Below, piece by piece: positions 55,302 to 64,000 of a stretch of DNA of 64,000 nucleotides (positions within the stretch are counted from its first letter, which is position 1; each line of letters starts with the position of its first letter). The DNA lies in NCBI GenBank assembly GCA_026396275.1, contig JAPLXC010000019.1:355-64354 (forward strand), read 5' to 3'. This stretch comes from Candidatus Moraniibacteriota bacterium. GTDB taxonomy: Bacteria; Patescibacteriota; Minisyncoccia; Moranbacterales; JAPLXC01. The translations under genes and the position numbers were made by a program. The notes beneath the pieces were generated by a model, which saw only the letters and a program-made list of their open reading frames with translations, was not told the origin of the DNA and searched no databases.

Positions 55302-55895
55302 GTGAGAAAGAGTAACGACAAAATTATGACCAAGAAAAAAGAAAAAGAAGAAGATGTAATAAAGGAACAGGATATTGAAAAAGCCGCTAAAGAAGAAATT
55401 GAACTTGCTGAAGGCGAGGTTGAGGCGGAAAAGATCGACAAAAAGGTGCACGAAGAACTGATAAAAACAGCAGAAAATTATATTTCCGGCTGGAAACGCT
55501 GCCAAGCCGATTTTGAAAATTATAAAAAAGACCAGGCGCGAAGAATGGAGGAATTTCGAGAGTTCGCCACTCTGGACTTTGTGTTCCAAATTTTTCCGGT
55601 GTTAGATAGTTTTGAAAGTTCACTCACTCATGTTCCTGAAGACCAGAAAGAAAGCGCGTGGGTCGGCGGGATATTGCATATAAAAAAGCAGCTAGAAGAG
55701 CTTTTAAGGAATAATAAGGTAGAGGAGATTGAAGCCAGAGCCGGAGATGAGTTTAATCCGGAGGTGCATGAAGCCGTAAAACAGGAATCAGGAATCGCGA
55801 ATCAGGAATCAGGAAATAAAATAAGTAAAGTTTTGCAGAAAGGATACAAAATGGAAAAAAGAGTGATTAGACCGGCAAGAGTAATAGTAGAATAA
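55302..55895 (+). CDS. grpE: Nucleotide exchange factor GrpE (listed start is GTG; the true start may be the ATG at 55326)
   Basis: RCQADFENYKKDQARR and a conserved C-terminal domain. In-frame (AGGAATC)n insert. Confidence 0.85.
   Translation: MRKSNDKIMTKKKEKEEDVIKEQDIEKAAKEEIELAEGEVEAEKIDKKVHEELIKTAENYISGWKRCQADFENYKKDQARRMEEFREFATLDFVFQIFPVLDSFESSLTHVPEDQKESAWVGGILHIKKQLEELLRNNKVEEIEARAGDEFNPEVHEAVKQESGIANQESGNKISKVLQKGYKMEKRVIRPARVIVE
55783..55817. repeat. (AGGAATC)x5 heptamer repeat in frame inside grpE, encoding QESGIANQESGNK
   Basis: Read directly. Confidence 0.85.
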
Positions 55896-56008
55896 CCCGC
55901 GAATAAAAATAGTTCATTTTAAAATAAAATAAAAAAGCCCGATTCGCTCTAAATTTCTATATTGGTTTGTGAACCCGTTAGAAAGTTAGGCGAACCGAGC
56001 TGGGACAG

Positions 56009-56203
56009 CTACGAGTTTTCAGGATTAAAACCGTAGAGCTTTTTCATTAGTTTTCGCAAGCGAGGACTAACGCCCTTGTTTATTTTGTTAAGAAATTTTT
56101 CGCCGCCATCACCGAGAAGATCGGTGCGAACGGCATTAATTTTCTTTTTCATTGGGAGCGGGTTCCGGACAAGTTTGTCACGAACTGGTAAATCGTCAAA
56201 CAT
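56009..56203 (-). CDS. Hypothetical small basic protein
   Basis: 64-aa ORF in the 685-bp grpE-dnaK spacer. Confidence 0.25.
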   Translation of the reverse strand: MFDDLPVRDKLVRNPLPMKKKINAVRTDLLGDGGEKFLNKINKGVSPRLRKLMKKLYGFNPENS

Positions 56204-56227
56204 TTTTCACCTCCGTTTGCACTAGGA

Positions 56228-56467
56228 TTATCTAAGTAGTTCTCTCCGAATCTCAATGTATCCATTTTCTCTGCTATTCCTAATAAGATTAGTCAAGTAA
56301 ATGCTTATTTGCTTTAAATGATCCGATGAAAATTCCAACGCTTGAGAAAAAAACCAGTTTCTAAGCTCCACTGCTTCGGGCAAAGTTATTTTTACCATAA
56401 AAAGAACTACCTCCTCGTATAAATTTTTTGATGTCCAAAGGTTAACATAAATAAATATTTTAGTCAA
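56228..56467 (-). CDS. Hypothetical small protein
   Basis: 79-aa ORF immediately upstream of, and co-oriented with, the 64-aa ORF. Confidence 0.25.
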   Translation of the reverse strand: MTKIFIYVNLWTSKNLYEEVVLFMVKITLPEAVELRNWFFSQALEFSSDHLKQISIYLTNLIRNSRENGYIEIRRELLR

Positions 56468-56580
56468 AATTGATTATCGACTTTTGCCTTAAATAAAGCT
56501 AAAAGCTGGTAATTAATAAATTTTTGCTAATTAACTTTGAAGCTAATCAAACTAACAAAGCTAATGAAGCTAATAAAGCT

Positions 56581-58554
56581 ATGGGTAAGATATTAGGAAT
56601 CGACCTCGGCACCACTAACTCGGCAATGGCTGTAGTTCAGGCCGGAAAGCCGCAGATTTTAGAAAACAAAGAGGGAGCGCGCACCACTCCTTCAATGGTG
56701 GCAATTTCCAAAAATGGCGAGCGTCTCGTGGGTCTTTTGGCCAAACGCCAAGCGGTAACTAATCCGGGAAATACTTTGTTTTCCATCAAACGGCTCATTG
56801 GGAGAAGATTTGAGGATGCTGAAGTGCAAAGGGATTTAAAACTAATGCCCTACAAAATTGTAAAGGCCAATGGGGGAGTAAAAGTCATAATGGGAGACCC
56901 CTCGAGTTCCTCGGGGCAAGCAGAATATACACCGCAGGAAATTTCGGCCATGATTTTGGGGAAACTGAAAGCCGATGCCGAAGAGCGATTGGGAGAAAAA
57001 ATTACTGACGCGGTGATTACCGTTCCGGCCTATTTTGACGACTCACAGAGAAAATCAACTAAAGAAGCGGGAGAAATCGCCGGGTTTAATGTCAAAAGAA
57101 TAATCAACGAACCAACAGCCGCGGCGCTGGCTTATGGATTTAGCCAGAAGTCCGCCCAAGGCGGATCCGCCTCCGGCGGAAAAGAAGAAAAAATTGCGGT
57201 TTACGATCTGGGAGGTGGGACTTATGACATTTCTATTCTGGAAGTAGGCGGAGATACGGTGGAAGTGAAATCCACCAACGGCGACACTCACTTGGGGGGA
57301 GATGATTTTGACCAGCGGCTCATTGAGTGGATTATTGGCGAATTTAAAAAACAGGAAGGAATTGATTTAGGGAAAGATCCGTTGGCTTTGCAAAGGATTA
57401 AGGAAGCGGCGGAAAAGGCGAAAATTGAATTATCCACCGCGATGGAAACGGAAATTAATCAGCCGTTTATTACTAGCGGCACCGATGGCCCCAAACACTT
57501 GGTAATGAAAATGAGCCGGGCAAAATTGGAAGAACTAGTGCACGATTTAGTAGAAAAAACGATTGAACCAATGAAGAAAGCACTCTCCGACGCTAAAATG
57601 GACGCAAAAGATATCGATGAGGTAATTATGGTTGGCGGAGTTACCCGAATGCCTCTGGTTTTGCAGACGGTAGAAAAATTTTTCGGCAAGAAACCGAACA
57701 TTTCAGTTAATCCAGATGAAGTGGTGGCCGTCGGCGCAGCCATTCAAGGCGGGGTGCTGGAAGGATCAGTGCGTGATGTATTGCTTTTAGATGTGACACC
57801 TTTGACGCTGGGAATTGAAACACTGGGGGGAGTGCGAACTCCTTTAATCGAAAGAAATACGACTATTCCCACTGCCAAGTCGCAAATATTTTCTACGGCC
57901 GCTGACAGTCAGCCCAGCGTGGAAATTCACGTGCTTCAGGGCGAACGGGAGATGGCAAGCGATAATAAAACACTAGGGAGATTTATTCTGGACGGCATTC
58001 CGCCGGCTCCGCGCGGTATTCCCCAGGTTGAAGTTACTTTTGACATTGACGCCAATGGAATTTTAAGCGTTACAGCCAAGGACAAAGCCACCGGAAAGTC
58101 GCAATCAATCCGTATTGAAGCATCAACCGGGCTTTCCAAAGAAGAAATTGAAAAGATGAAAAAAGACGCGGAAGCGCACGCCGAAGAGGATAGAAAGAAA
58201 AAGGACTTAGTTGAAGCGCGAAACATGGCCGACACGCTGGTTTACACCACTGAAAAAGCCCTGCGCGATGCCGGCGGCAAAATCACGGCGGATGAAAAGA
58301 AACCGATTGAAGAAAAAGTTGAGGCGCTGAAAAAAGTAAAAGACAGCGATGATGCGGAAGCGATCAAGCGCGCAACGCAGGAACTTTCCACCGAAGCGCA
58401 AAAGATAGGGGAGAAGTTGTATAAAGCGGCTTCCGAGGCGCAAAAACAACAGGGCGGACAACCAGGCGAACAGCCGAAAAAAGAGGGAGAAGTGAAAGAC
58501 GCGGAAGTGGATAATGAAAAGAAGGACGAAGGAGCTTCAGAGGATAAAAAGTAA
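56581..58554 (+). CDS. dnaK: Molecular chaperone DnaK (start revised to [14 protein letters not shown])
   Basis: HSP70 signatures [16 protein letters not shown] and VGGVTRMP. The listed TTG start at 56524 reads through the repeat leader. Confidence 0.9.
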   Translation: MGKILGIDLGTTNSAMAVVQAGKPQILENKEGARTTPSMVAISKNGERLVGLLAKRQAVTNPGNTLFSIKRLIGRRFEDAEVQRDLKLMPYKIVKANGGVKVIMGDPSSSSGQAEYTPQEISAMILGKLKADAEERLGEKITDAVITVPAYFDDSQRKSTKEAGEIAGFNVKRIINEPTAAALAYGFSQKSAQGGSASGGKEEKIAVYDLGGGTYDISILEVGGDTVEVKSTNGDTHLGGDDFDQRLIEWIIGEFKKQEGIDLGKDPLALQRIKEAAEKAKIELSTAMETEINQPFITSGTDGPKHLVMKMSRAKLEELVHDLVEKTIEPMKKALSDAKMDAKDIDEVIMVGGVTRMPLVLQTVEKFFGKKPNISVNPDEVVAVGAAIQGGVLEGSVRDVLLLDVTPLTLGIETLGGVRTPLIERNTTIPTAKSQIFSTAADSQPSVEIHVLQGEREMASDNKTLGRFILDGIPPAPRGIPQVEVTFDIDANGILSVTAKDKATGKSQSIRIEASTGLSKEEIEKMKKDAEAHAEEDRKKKDLVEARNMADTLVYTTEKALRDAGGKITADEKKPIEEKVEALKKVKDSDDAEAIKRATQELSTEAQKIGEKLYKAASEAQKQQGGQPGEQPKKEGEVKDAEVDNEKKDEGASEDKK

Positions 58555-58561
58555 TCTTTTA

Positions 58562-58588
58562 GCGGGGGCATACGCCCCCGCTTTATAC
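58562..58588 (+). terminator. Rho-independent terminator after dnaK (GCGGGGGC-atac-GCCCCCGC followed by TTTAT)
   Basis: 8-bp GC stem. Confidence 0.8.
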
Positions 58589-58597
58589 ATAAAGTAA

Positions 58598-58987
58598 ATG
58601 AAACAAGATTCCATATTGACATTGCATAGATATTATATTTGGGCGACAACAATGAAGTTTCACTTTGAGGAAGAATTAAAAAAACATAATATATCTAAAA
58701 ATAAAGATATTACTATAGAGCAAATGATGTATATGTCGATTTGGTATGGATTATTATATGTTGTAGCTGAAGGATGGAAAAATCTAAAACTGCACGATAA
58801 GGTTATTGATTCGTTGCTTCAATCTAAAAATATTAATTTACTTAAAAGATATAGAAACGGAGTATTCCATTTTAATAAAAAATATTATAATGATAAATAC
58901 CTAGATTTTTGCAAAGAAAAATCATCTGCAGATTGGATTAGAAAATTAAACTTAGAGCTCGGAAAGTATTTTTTTGGAATATTTTAA
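58598..58987 (+). CDS. Hypothetical protein (AT-rich islet)
   Basis: 129-aa ORF with about 28% GC. Confidence 0.4.
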   Translation: MKQDSILTLHRYYIWATTMKFHFEEELKKHNISKNKDITIEQMMYMSIWYGLLYVVAEGWKNLKLHDKVIDSLLQSKNINLLKRYRNGVFHFNKKYYNDKYLDFCKEKSSADWIRKLNLELGKYFFGIF

Positions 58988-59010
58988 AAAATAATTTTTA
59001 AATTAAAAAT

Positions 59011-59316
59011 ATGGAAAACGAAACAATCAAAGAAAATAAATCAGCAAAATTAGACAAAATAATGAAGCTAAGTATAATTTTTGGAGTGTTGATAGTAGCA
59101 TTGTCAATTGCTTATTATCTGGTAGTTTTTTTGCCCCTTAAAAATAAAGAGCAGTGGAAGCAAGAAGAAGAAAAACAGAAAATGACGCAAGAGTGTTCAA
59201 ACAAGACACTGGATGATATCAGAAGATGGGCAGAAGGAAGACAAGTTTCCGATGATAATTCAATCAAACAATATAATTTCTTTTTTGAAAAATGTTTAAA
59301 AGAAAAAGGATTATAA
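59011..59316 (+). CDS. Hypothetical single-TM protein (AT-rich islet)
   Basis: 101-aa ORF with one TM helix. Confidence 0.4.
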   Translation: MENETIKENKSAKLDKIMKLSIIFGVLIVALSIAYYLVVFLPLKNKEQWKQEEEKQKMTQECSNKTLDDIRRWAEGRQVSDDNSIKQYNFFFEKCLKEKGL

Positions 59317-59600
59317 AAATAATTTCACAAACCAACCCTCCGACCGGGGCAGTAAAACAAAACAGCTTGTAAAATTAGTGATAATTAGAAATACTGACGA
59401 TTTACCATATTTGCATATATAATAAAAAGTGTTGCTTGACCTGTTCAGTAACTTGTTACTTAACAATGTAAGTAATTTCCTCCAAAGGCGGACAAGAATT
59501 ACGTAATTCTAAAATCAGCTTTTAAGCTTGACAAAAGTCCGATAATGAAATAGGATAAACAGTTGTAGTTGAGATGTTTTTTAAAAAATAAAAGCCTGAA

Positions 59601-59852
59601 TTGGCAAAAGGAAAAGGAGGAAAAATGAGTGGAAAAATAATAACAAAGAATATGAAGATCGGAGAAATAATTGCCTTCAAAGATGAGAGAGCGAAAAAAA
59701 TTATTGAAGATTATTTCTTTGATTTCAAAAATCTCCCACTCTATGCTAAGAAGATTACTCTTGAAGAAGCTGCCCGCAAGAGCGGCAAGGATTACAAAAT
59801 CTTAGCTGTTTTACGGGCAATCAATAATTTGCCCGAGAAAAAGAAGAAATGA
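59601..59852 (+). CDS. Hypothetical small protein (DUF1858-like pattern; low confidence)
   Basis: IITKNMKIGEIIAFKDERAKKIIEDYF. RBS GGAAAAGGAGG. Confidence 0.35.
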   Translation: MAKGKGGKMSGKIITKNMKIGEIIAFKDERAKKIIEDYFFDFKNLPLYAKKITLEEAARKSGKDYKILAVLRAINNLPEKKKK

Positions 59853-60122
59853 TTTTTCTTGGGAGATATTACAGGCGGAAAAAAATCTGCCTGTATTTTT
59901 TACTGCATTATTCCGGCATACTATAATGTTACTACTACATAACCTTATATGGTAGTGATGAATTTATGAACCAATAAGCGACCGGAAATTTTGGAATAAT
60001 TCGGTGACCGAAATCAGTCACCCACTTTTATTTTCTAAGGTCGTAATTTTTGACAAAATGAGCTTATTTGTTAATCTGGATATGCTTTTTAACAACATGT
60101 CACATATTAGAGGAGGATAAAA

Positions 60123-61052
60123 ATGAAAGTAATTAGTGGTAACAGCAATCCCGATCTGGCACTTGCCATTGTGGAGTATTTGGGAATATCGTTAACCGAT
60201 GCAACCATTTCCAGATTTAGCGACATGGAAATCAGGGCAGAAATCAATGAGAACATTCGAGGCAAGGATGTGTTCGTCATCCAGTCAATCTGTACACCGG
60301 CCAATGAGTATATAATGGAACTTCTCATTATAATCGATGCGCTCGTGCGTGCTTCGGCAAAACGCATAACGGCGGTAATACCATACTATGGTTATGCCCG
60401 TCAGGATCGGAAAACCGAATCCAGAGCGCCGATTACCGCGAAACTTGTGGCTAACTTGATTACCGCTGCAGGCGCCAACCGCGTGCTTACTATGGATCTT
60501 CATGCTGGACAAATCCAAGGATTCTTTGACATACCAGTTGATCATCTTTATGCCTCTACCGTGCTCTTGGATTATCTAAAACGGAACTTCTCGGGCCATC
60601 TGGTCATTGTTTCACCTGACGCTGGGGGAGCAGACCGAGCGAGAGCGTACGCTAAACGGCTCAATGCAGATCTAGCTGTCGTTGACAAAAGGAGAGAAGA
60701 GCCGGGCAGGTCAGAAATACTGAACATTATTGGAGAGGTGTCAGGTAAAACGGCCATTATCATCGATGATATGGTGGATACAGCGGGGACTATTTGCAAC
60801 GCTGCTCAAGTGATCGCGGAGAAAGGAGCGCAAGCGGTATATGCTTGCTGCAGCCATGCAGTGCTGTCTGGCCCTGCTGTTCAAAGAATCAGCCGATCAG
60901 CCATTGAACGATTGATTGTGACTGACTCAATTCCACTTTCGGAAAGTGCCAAGACACTGGGGAAGATTACAGTGGTTTCTGTAGCGGAGCTTCTGGCAAA
61001 AGCCATACATTCTGTCCACAATTCCGAGTCATTAAAACCATTGTTCGTTTAG
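60123..61052 (+). CDS. prs: Ribose-phosphate pyrophosphokinase
   Basis: Typical Prs N-terminus and PRPP-binding loop VIVSPDAGGADRAR...IIDDMVDTAGT. Confidence 0.9.
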   Translation: MKVISGNSNPDLALAIVEYLGISLTDATISRFSDMEIRAEINENIRGKDVFVIQSICTPANEYIMELLIIIDALVRASAKRITAVIPYYGYARQDRKTESRAPITAKLVANLITAAGANRVLTMDLHAGQIQGFFDIPVDHLYASTVLLDYLKRNFSGHLVIVSPDAGGADRARAYAKRLNADLAVVDKRREEPGRSEILNIIGEVSGKTAIIIDDMVDTAGTICNAAQVIAEKGAQAVYACCSHAVLSGPAVQRISRSAIERLIVTDSIPLSESAKTLGKITVVSVAELLAKAIHSVHNSESLKPLFV

Positions 61053-61194
61053 GAAAAATAACAGGTGATTGATAAATCAGTCACCTGCTATTTATTTTTG
61101 ATGGCTCAACCGGCTATTGACAAAACTCTAATTTCTTGCTAGTATTAGGTGTTTCACGGGCATAAAATAAAAGGAGGTTGCTATGGGCGTGAAG

Positions 61195-61347
61195 ATCTTT
61201 GAAATAATAAAGCAGAAAGAAAGAGAAAGGGTAAATGAGTATAAGCGTGAGCTCTGGCTTAAGATTTTTATCCCCTGGCTGCAGGAGCTTAAAAAAGAGC
61301 GTTGCAAAAAGACACCTAATATAGTATTTGACGAATAGGAGGAAAAG
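61195..61347 (+). CDS. Unlisted 50-aa ORF with a strong RBS (AAAGGAGGTTGCTATG)
   Basis: Translates to MGVKIFEIIKQKEREVNEYKRELWLKIFIPWLQELKKERCKKTPNIVFDE. Below the ORF-track size cutoff. Confidence 0.3.
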
Positions 61348-61653
61348 ATGGAAAAATTTGATTTTAACGATGAGTTTTTCGCTCTTCAGGATAAATATGA
61401 AAAGATGGAGATAAAATTCAGAAAATCAATTGCCGAGGAGAATAGTGATATTCCAGGGAAAATCCTAGAGATTTTCAGGAAAGGAGATTTTAAAAAACTG
61501 GATGCCTTGGCGAAATTCGTAATGCGTTCTCTTAATACGGCAGAAGTTGGAGTATTAATAATGAAGTTTTACCGGAGCACTAGCACTGGGGATTACATCG
61601 AAAAAGAAGCTATCATAAATTATTTCAGGGTTATTTCCGGGTTTTGCCGTTAA
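61348..61653 (+). CDS. Hypothetical protein
   Basis: 101-aa ORF, followed by the terminator GCGGG...CCCGC plus T-run at about 61664-61702. Confidence 0.4.
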   Translation: MEKFDFNDEFFALQDKYEKMEIKFRKSIAEENSDIPGKILEIFRKGDFKKLDALAKFVMRSLNTAEVGVLIMKFYRSTSTGDYIEKEAIINYFRVISGFCR

Positions 61654-61810
61654 AAAATTTCGAAGCGGGCAGTTGACAAAGTCAATTTCCCGCTTTTTTG
61701 TTTTTCTGTCTGACAAAATTTTCACTCGGCCTGAATTAGCACTCGGGAGGTGGGATTGCTAATTTTGCTGAATTGTTGTATAATCTGATAAGCTTGTATA
61801 GTTGCTTCCT

Positions 61811-61884
61811 CTACGAATTACGAATTTGGTACGAATATACGAATTATGGGTATTAGTATATTAGTATATGATTAGTAATTAGTA
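61811..61884. repeat. Intergenic repeat family B copy 3, immediately upstream of dnaJ
   Basis: ctacgaattacgaatttggtacgaatatacgaatt...attagtatattagtatatgattagtaattagta. Confidence 0.8.
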
Positions 61885-61896
61885 GCCATTGCCATT

Positions 61897-62982
61897 ATGG
61901 ATTATTACAAAATTTTAGGAGTCAATCGTAACGCTTCCGATGACGAAATAAAGAAGGCCTACCGGAAGCTCGCTCACAAATACCACCCGGACAAAGCCGG
62001 CGGCGATGAGAAAAAGTTCAAGGAGATTAATGAGGCCTATCAGGTTTTGTCAGACAAGGCAAAGCGTCAGCAGTACGATCAGTTTGGGCGGACGTTTGAG
62101 CAAACCGGAGCTGGCTTTGGCGGATTCGAGGGATTTGACTTTGGCAGTTTTTCCGGAAGAGGCGGATCAAGCTGGGATTTTGGCGGCTTTGAGGATATTT
62201 TTTCTGATATTTTTGGGGAAGGATTTACTGGAAGGACTGGAACTCGCCGGCGAGCCGGCAGGGATATTCAGGTTGATGTGGAGATAAGTTTTGAGGAAAT
62301 GGTCCAAGGAACCCGGCGCGATGTCAATCTTTATAAGAGTGTTGTCTGTAGTGTCTGCCATGGAACGGGAGGAGAACCAGGAGCCAAAGAGCAATCCTGT
62401 CCCACTTGCGGTGGGTCGGGTCAAGTGCGAAAAACAACGCGCAGTTTTTTTGGAAGCTTTACCCAGGTTTCCACATGTCCAACCTGCGTAGGTACGGGAA
62501 AGACATATTCCCAGAAATGCCACAAATGCGGCGGCGACGGCCGGGTGAAAGAATACCAGGCAGTCGCGATTAATATTCCCGCCGGTATCCAGGACGGGCA
62601 GACCATAACGCTTCCCGGACAAGGAGAGGCGGGTGAACATGGCGGCGCTGGCGGCGATCTTTATACCAGTGTCCATGTGCGTCCGCATCCGAAATTTCAG
62701 CGGGAAAGAGACAACATTACTTCCACCGAACAAATAACTTTTTCCCAGGCGGTGTTGGGTGACAAAATCGCAGTGGAGACGGTTGAAGGATCAGTGAAAA
62801 TGAAAATTCCGGCCGGAACTCAGTCAAGCGAAATCTTCAGAATTAAAGATGAAGGCATTCCGCATTTGGGAAAACGGGGACGCGGGGATCATCTAGTAAA
62901 AATTGTTGTTAAAATTCCGCGGCATCCCAGCCGGGAGCAAAAGGAATTAATCGAAAAACTGAGGAAATTGGATGAACGATAA
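61897..62982 (+). CDS. dnaJ: Molecular chaperone DnaJ
   Basis: J domain with HPDK (HPD tripeptide), G/F region, and four CxxCxGxG zinc-finger repeats. Confidence 0.9.
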   Translation: MDYYKILGVNRNASDDEIKKAYRKLAHKYHPDKAGGDEKKFKEINEAYQVLSDKAKRQQYDQFGRTFEQTGAGFGGFEGFDFGSFSGRGGSSWDFGGFEDIFSDIFGEGFTGRTGTRRRAGRDIQVDVEISFEEMVQGTRRDVNLYKSVVCSVCHGTGGEPGAKEQSCPTCGGSGQVRKTTRSFFGSFTQVSTCPTCVGTGKTYSQKCHKCGGDGRVKEYQAVAINIPAGIQDGQTITLPGQGEAGEHGGAGGDLYTSVHVRPHPKFQRERDNITSTEQITFSQAVLGDKIAVETVEGSVKMKIPAGTQSSEIFRIKDEGIPHLGKRGRGDHLVKIVVKIPRHPSREQKELIEKLRKLDER

Positions 62983-63988
62983 TTCAAGATATTGGTATTC
63001 TCACCTGGCGGTTTTTTTACTGTTGGCTGTATTGATTGCAGCTGGCGGTTTTTTGTTTTTTTCCAGAAGTAAGTGGTCAACAGAAGAAATAAGAGTATCA
63101 GGTGAGATTGATAGTGTCCATGAAAGTGTCGCGGAAAAACAAGAAAGTGTGGAGGAAATTAAAATACTATTTCTCGGCGACATTATGTTTGATCGCTATA
63201 TTCGCCAAGTGGCGAAAAGAAAGGGTTATGACTTTGTCTTTCAGGACGTTGATAATTTACTTAAAGAAAAAGATCTCGTCGTTGCTAATTTAGAAGGACC
63301 GCTAACTGATAATAAATCAGTAAGTGCTACCAGTGAATTTGGAGAGAGAAATAATTACATTTTTACTTTTGATCCGCAAGTGGCGCCGATTTTAAAAAAT
63401 CACAACATTAACCTAATTAATTTAGGAAACAATCACATTCTTAATTTTAGACAAAACGGTCTTGAACAAACGAAAAAATATTTAAGCGACGCAGGAGTAA
63501 AATATTTTTGCGACAAAGATATACGTTATACTTTATACAAAATACCTGCCTCGCCGGCAGGCGGGCATAATACAACCCTAAGTTTCGTTTGCTATAACCA
63601 GTTTGAGTCCGATGCGGTCGAGAAGGCACTGGCCGATATCGGGGAGGTGAAAAAAAGCGCCGATGTTGTTATTCTTTACGCTCACTGGGGAAAAGAATAT
63701 GAAACAAAAGCTGATGCCAAACAAAAAGAATTAGCTCATAAATTTATTGACGCTGAAGCGGACTTGATTATCGGCTCCCATTCTCACGTAGTTCAGGAAA
63801 AAGAAATATATCAGGGTAAAACAATTTATTATTCACTAGGAAATTTCATTTTTGACCAGTATTTTAATTCGGAGACGATGAAAGGACTGGCAGTGGAAAC
63901 AATTATTAATCCCGTTACAAAAGATATTAAGTTTAAGGAACATCAACTTCAAATGAAAAATAACGGACAGACAGAATGGAAAAAATAG
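62972..63988 (+). CDS. CapA/PgsA-family metallophosphatase (poly-gamma-glutamate capsule biosynthesis-like)
   Basis: [35 protein letters not shown] and YAHWGKEY...[10 protein letters not shown] motifs. Confidence 0.8.
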   Translation: MNDNSRYWYSHLAVFLLLAVLIAAGGFLFFSRSKWSTEEIRVSGEIDSVHESVAEKQESVEEIKILFLGDIMFDRYIRQVAKRKGYDFVFQDVDNLLKEKDLVVANLEGPLTDNKSVSATSEFGERNNYIFTFDPQVAPILKNHNINLINLGNNHILNFRQNGLEQTKKYLSDAGVKYFCDKDIRYTLYKIPASPAGGHNTTLSFVCYNQFESDAVEKALADIGEVKKSADVVILYAHWGKEYETKADAKQKELAHKFIDAEADLIIGSHSHVVQEKEIYQGKTIYYSLGNFIFDQYFNSETMKGLAVETIINPVTKDIKFKEHQLQMKNNGQTEWKK

Positions 63989-64000
63989 TATATAATTGAA

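Noticed and set aside
5207-55817. Heptamer repeats as frameshifting phase-variation switches that inactivate the genes
   Set aside because: In every case the reading frame continues through the repeat into conserved downstream motifs, so the present alleles are in frame. Phase variation remains possible but is not indicated here.
56524-56580. TTG start extending dnaK by 19 aa ([19 protein letters not shown])
   Set aside because: The extension is a translation of the GCTAA-repeat leader. The canonical HSP70 start [12 protein letters not shown] begins at 56581.

Overview
This window reads like a compact, low-GC (~40%) genome segment with small genes and very short intergenic spacers, consistent with a Candidate Phyla Radiation (Patescibacteria) bacterium. 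The backbone is housekeeping: cell-wall genes (sugar transferase, ftsW-murG-murC, murB), khpA-trmD, Sec machinery (secA, secD, secF), six aminoacyl-tRNA synthetases (tyrS, pheS, pheT, alaS, cysS, plus the thiouridylase mnmA), recR, dnaB, prs, the heat-shock unit hrcA-grpE-dnaK...dnaJ with a CIRCE operator, an RNase P RNA and a tRNA-Val. Several unusual or accessory features are laid over this. (1) An AT-rich three-gene island at the 5' edge, next to rnpB, contains a HEPN-like protein bracketed by 30-bp direct repeats. (2) A minus-strand SipW signal peptidase operon encodes TasA/camelysin-like proteins, a large lamin-tail-domain acidic surface protein and paralogous membrane proteins. (3) A membrane protein is paired with an FtsK/VirD4-like ATPase carrying a C-terminal zinc ribbon, next to a sigma-region-4 + HARE-HTH regulator. 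(4) A winged-HTH + Cas2/VapD-like gene is flanked by inverted repeats with GCGGCCGC cores, beside a standalone GIY-YIG protein and a metalloprotease bracketed by direct repeats. (5) A MITE-like hairpin family (TGTCATTCC...GGAATGACA, at least 6 copies) sits mostly in 5' UTRs, and a second ~80-bp intergenic repeat family has three copies. (6) In-frame heptanucleotide microsatellites, mainly (AAAATCA)n, are inserted in trmD, secD, pheT, murC, murB and grpE. (7) A 3' fragment of secA is duplicated downstream of a purM-like gene. (8) A parvulin-like segment is inserted in SecD. No CRISPR array, rRNA, transposase, integrase or reverse transcriptase gene was seen.
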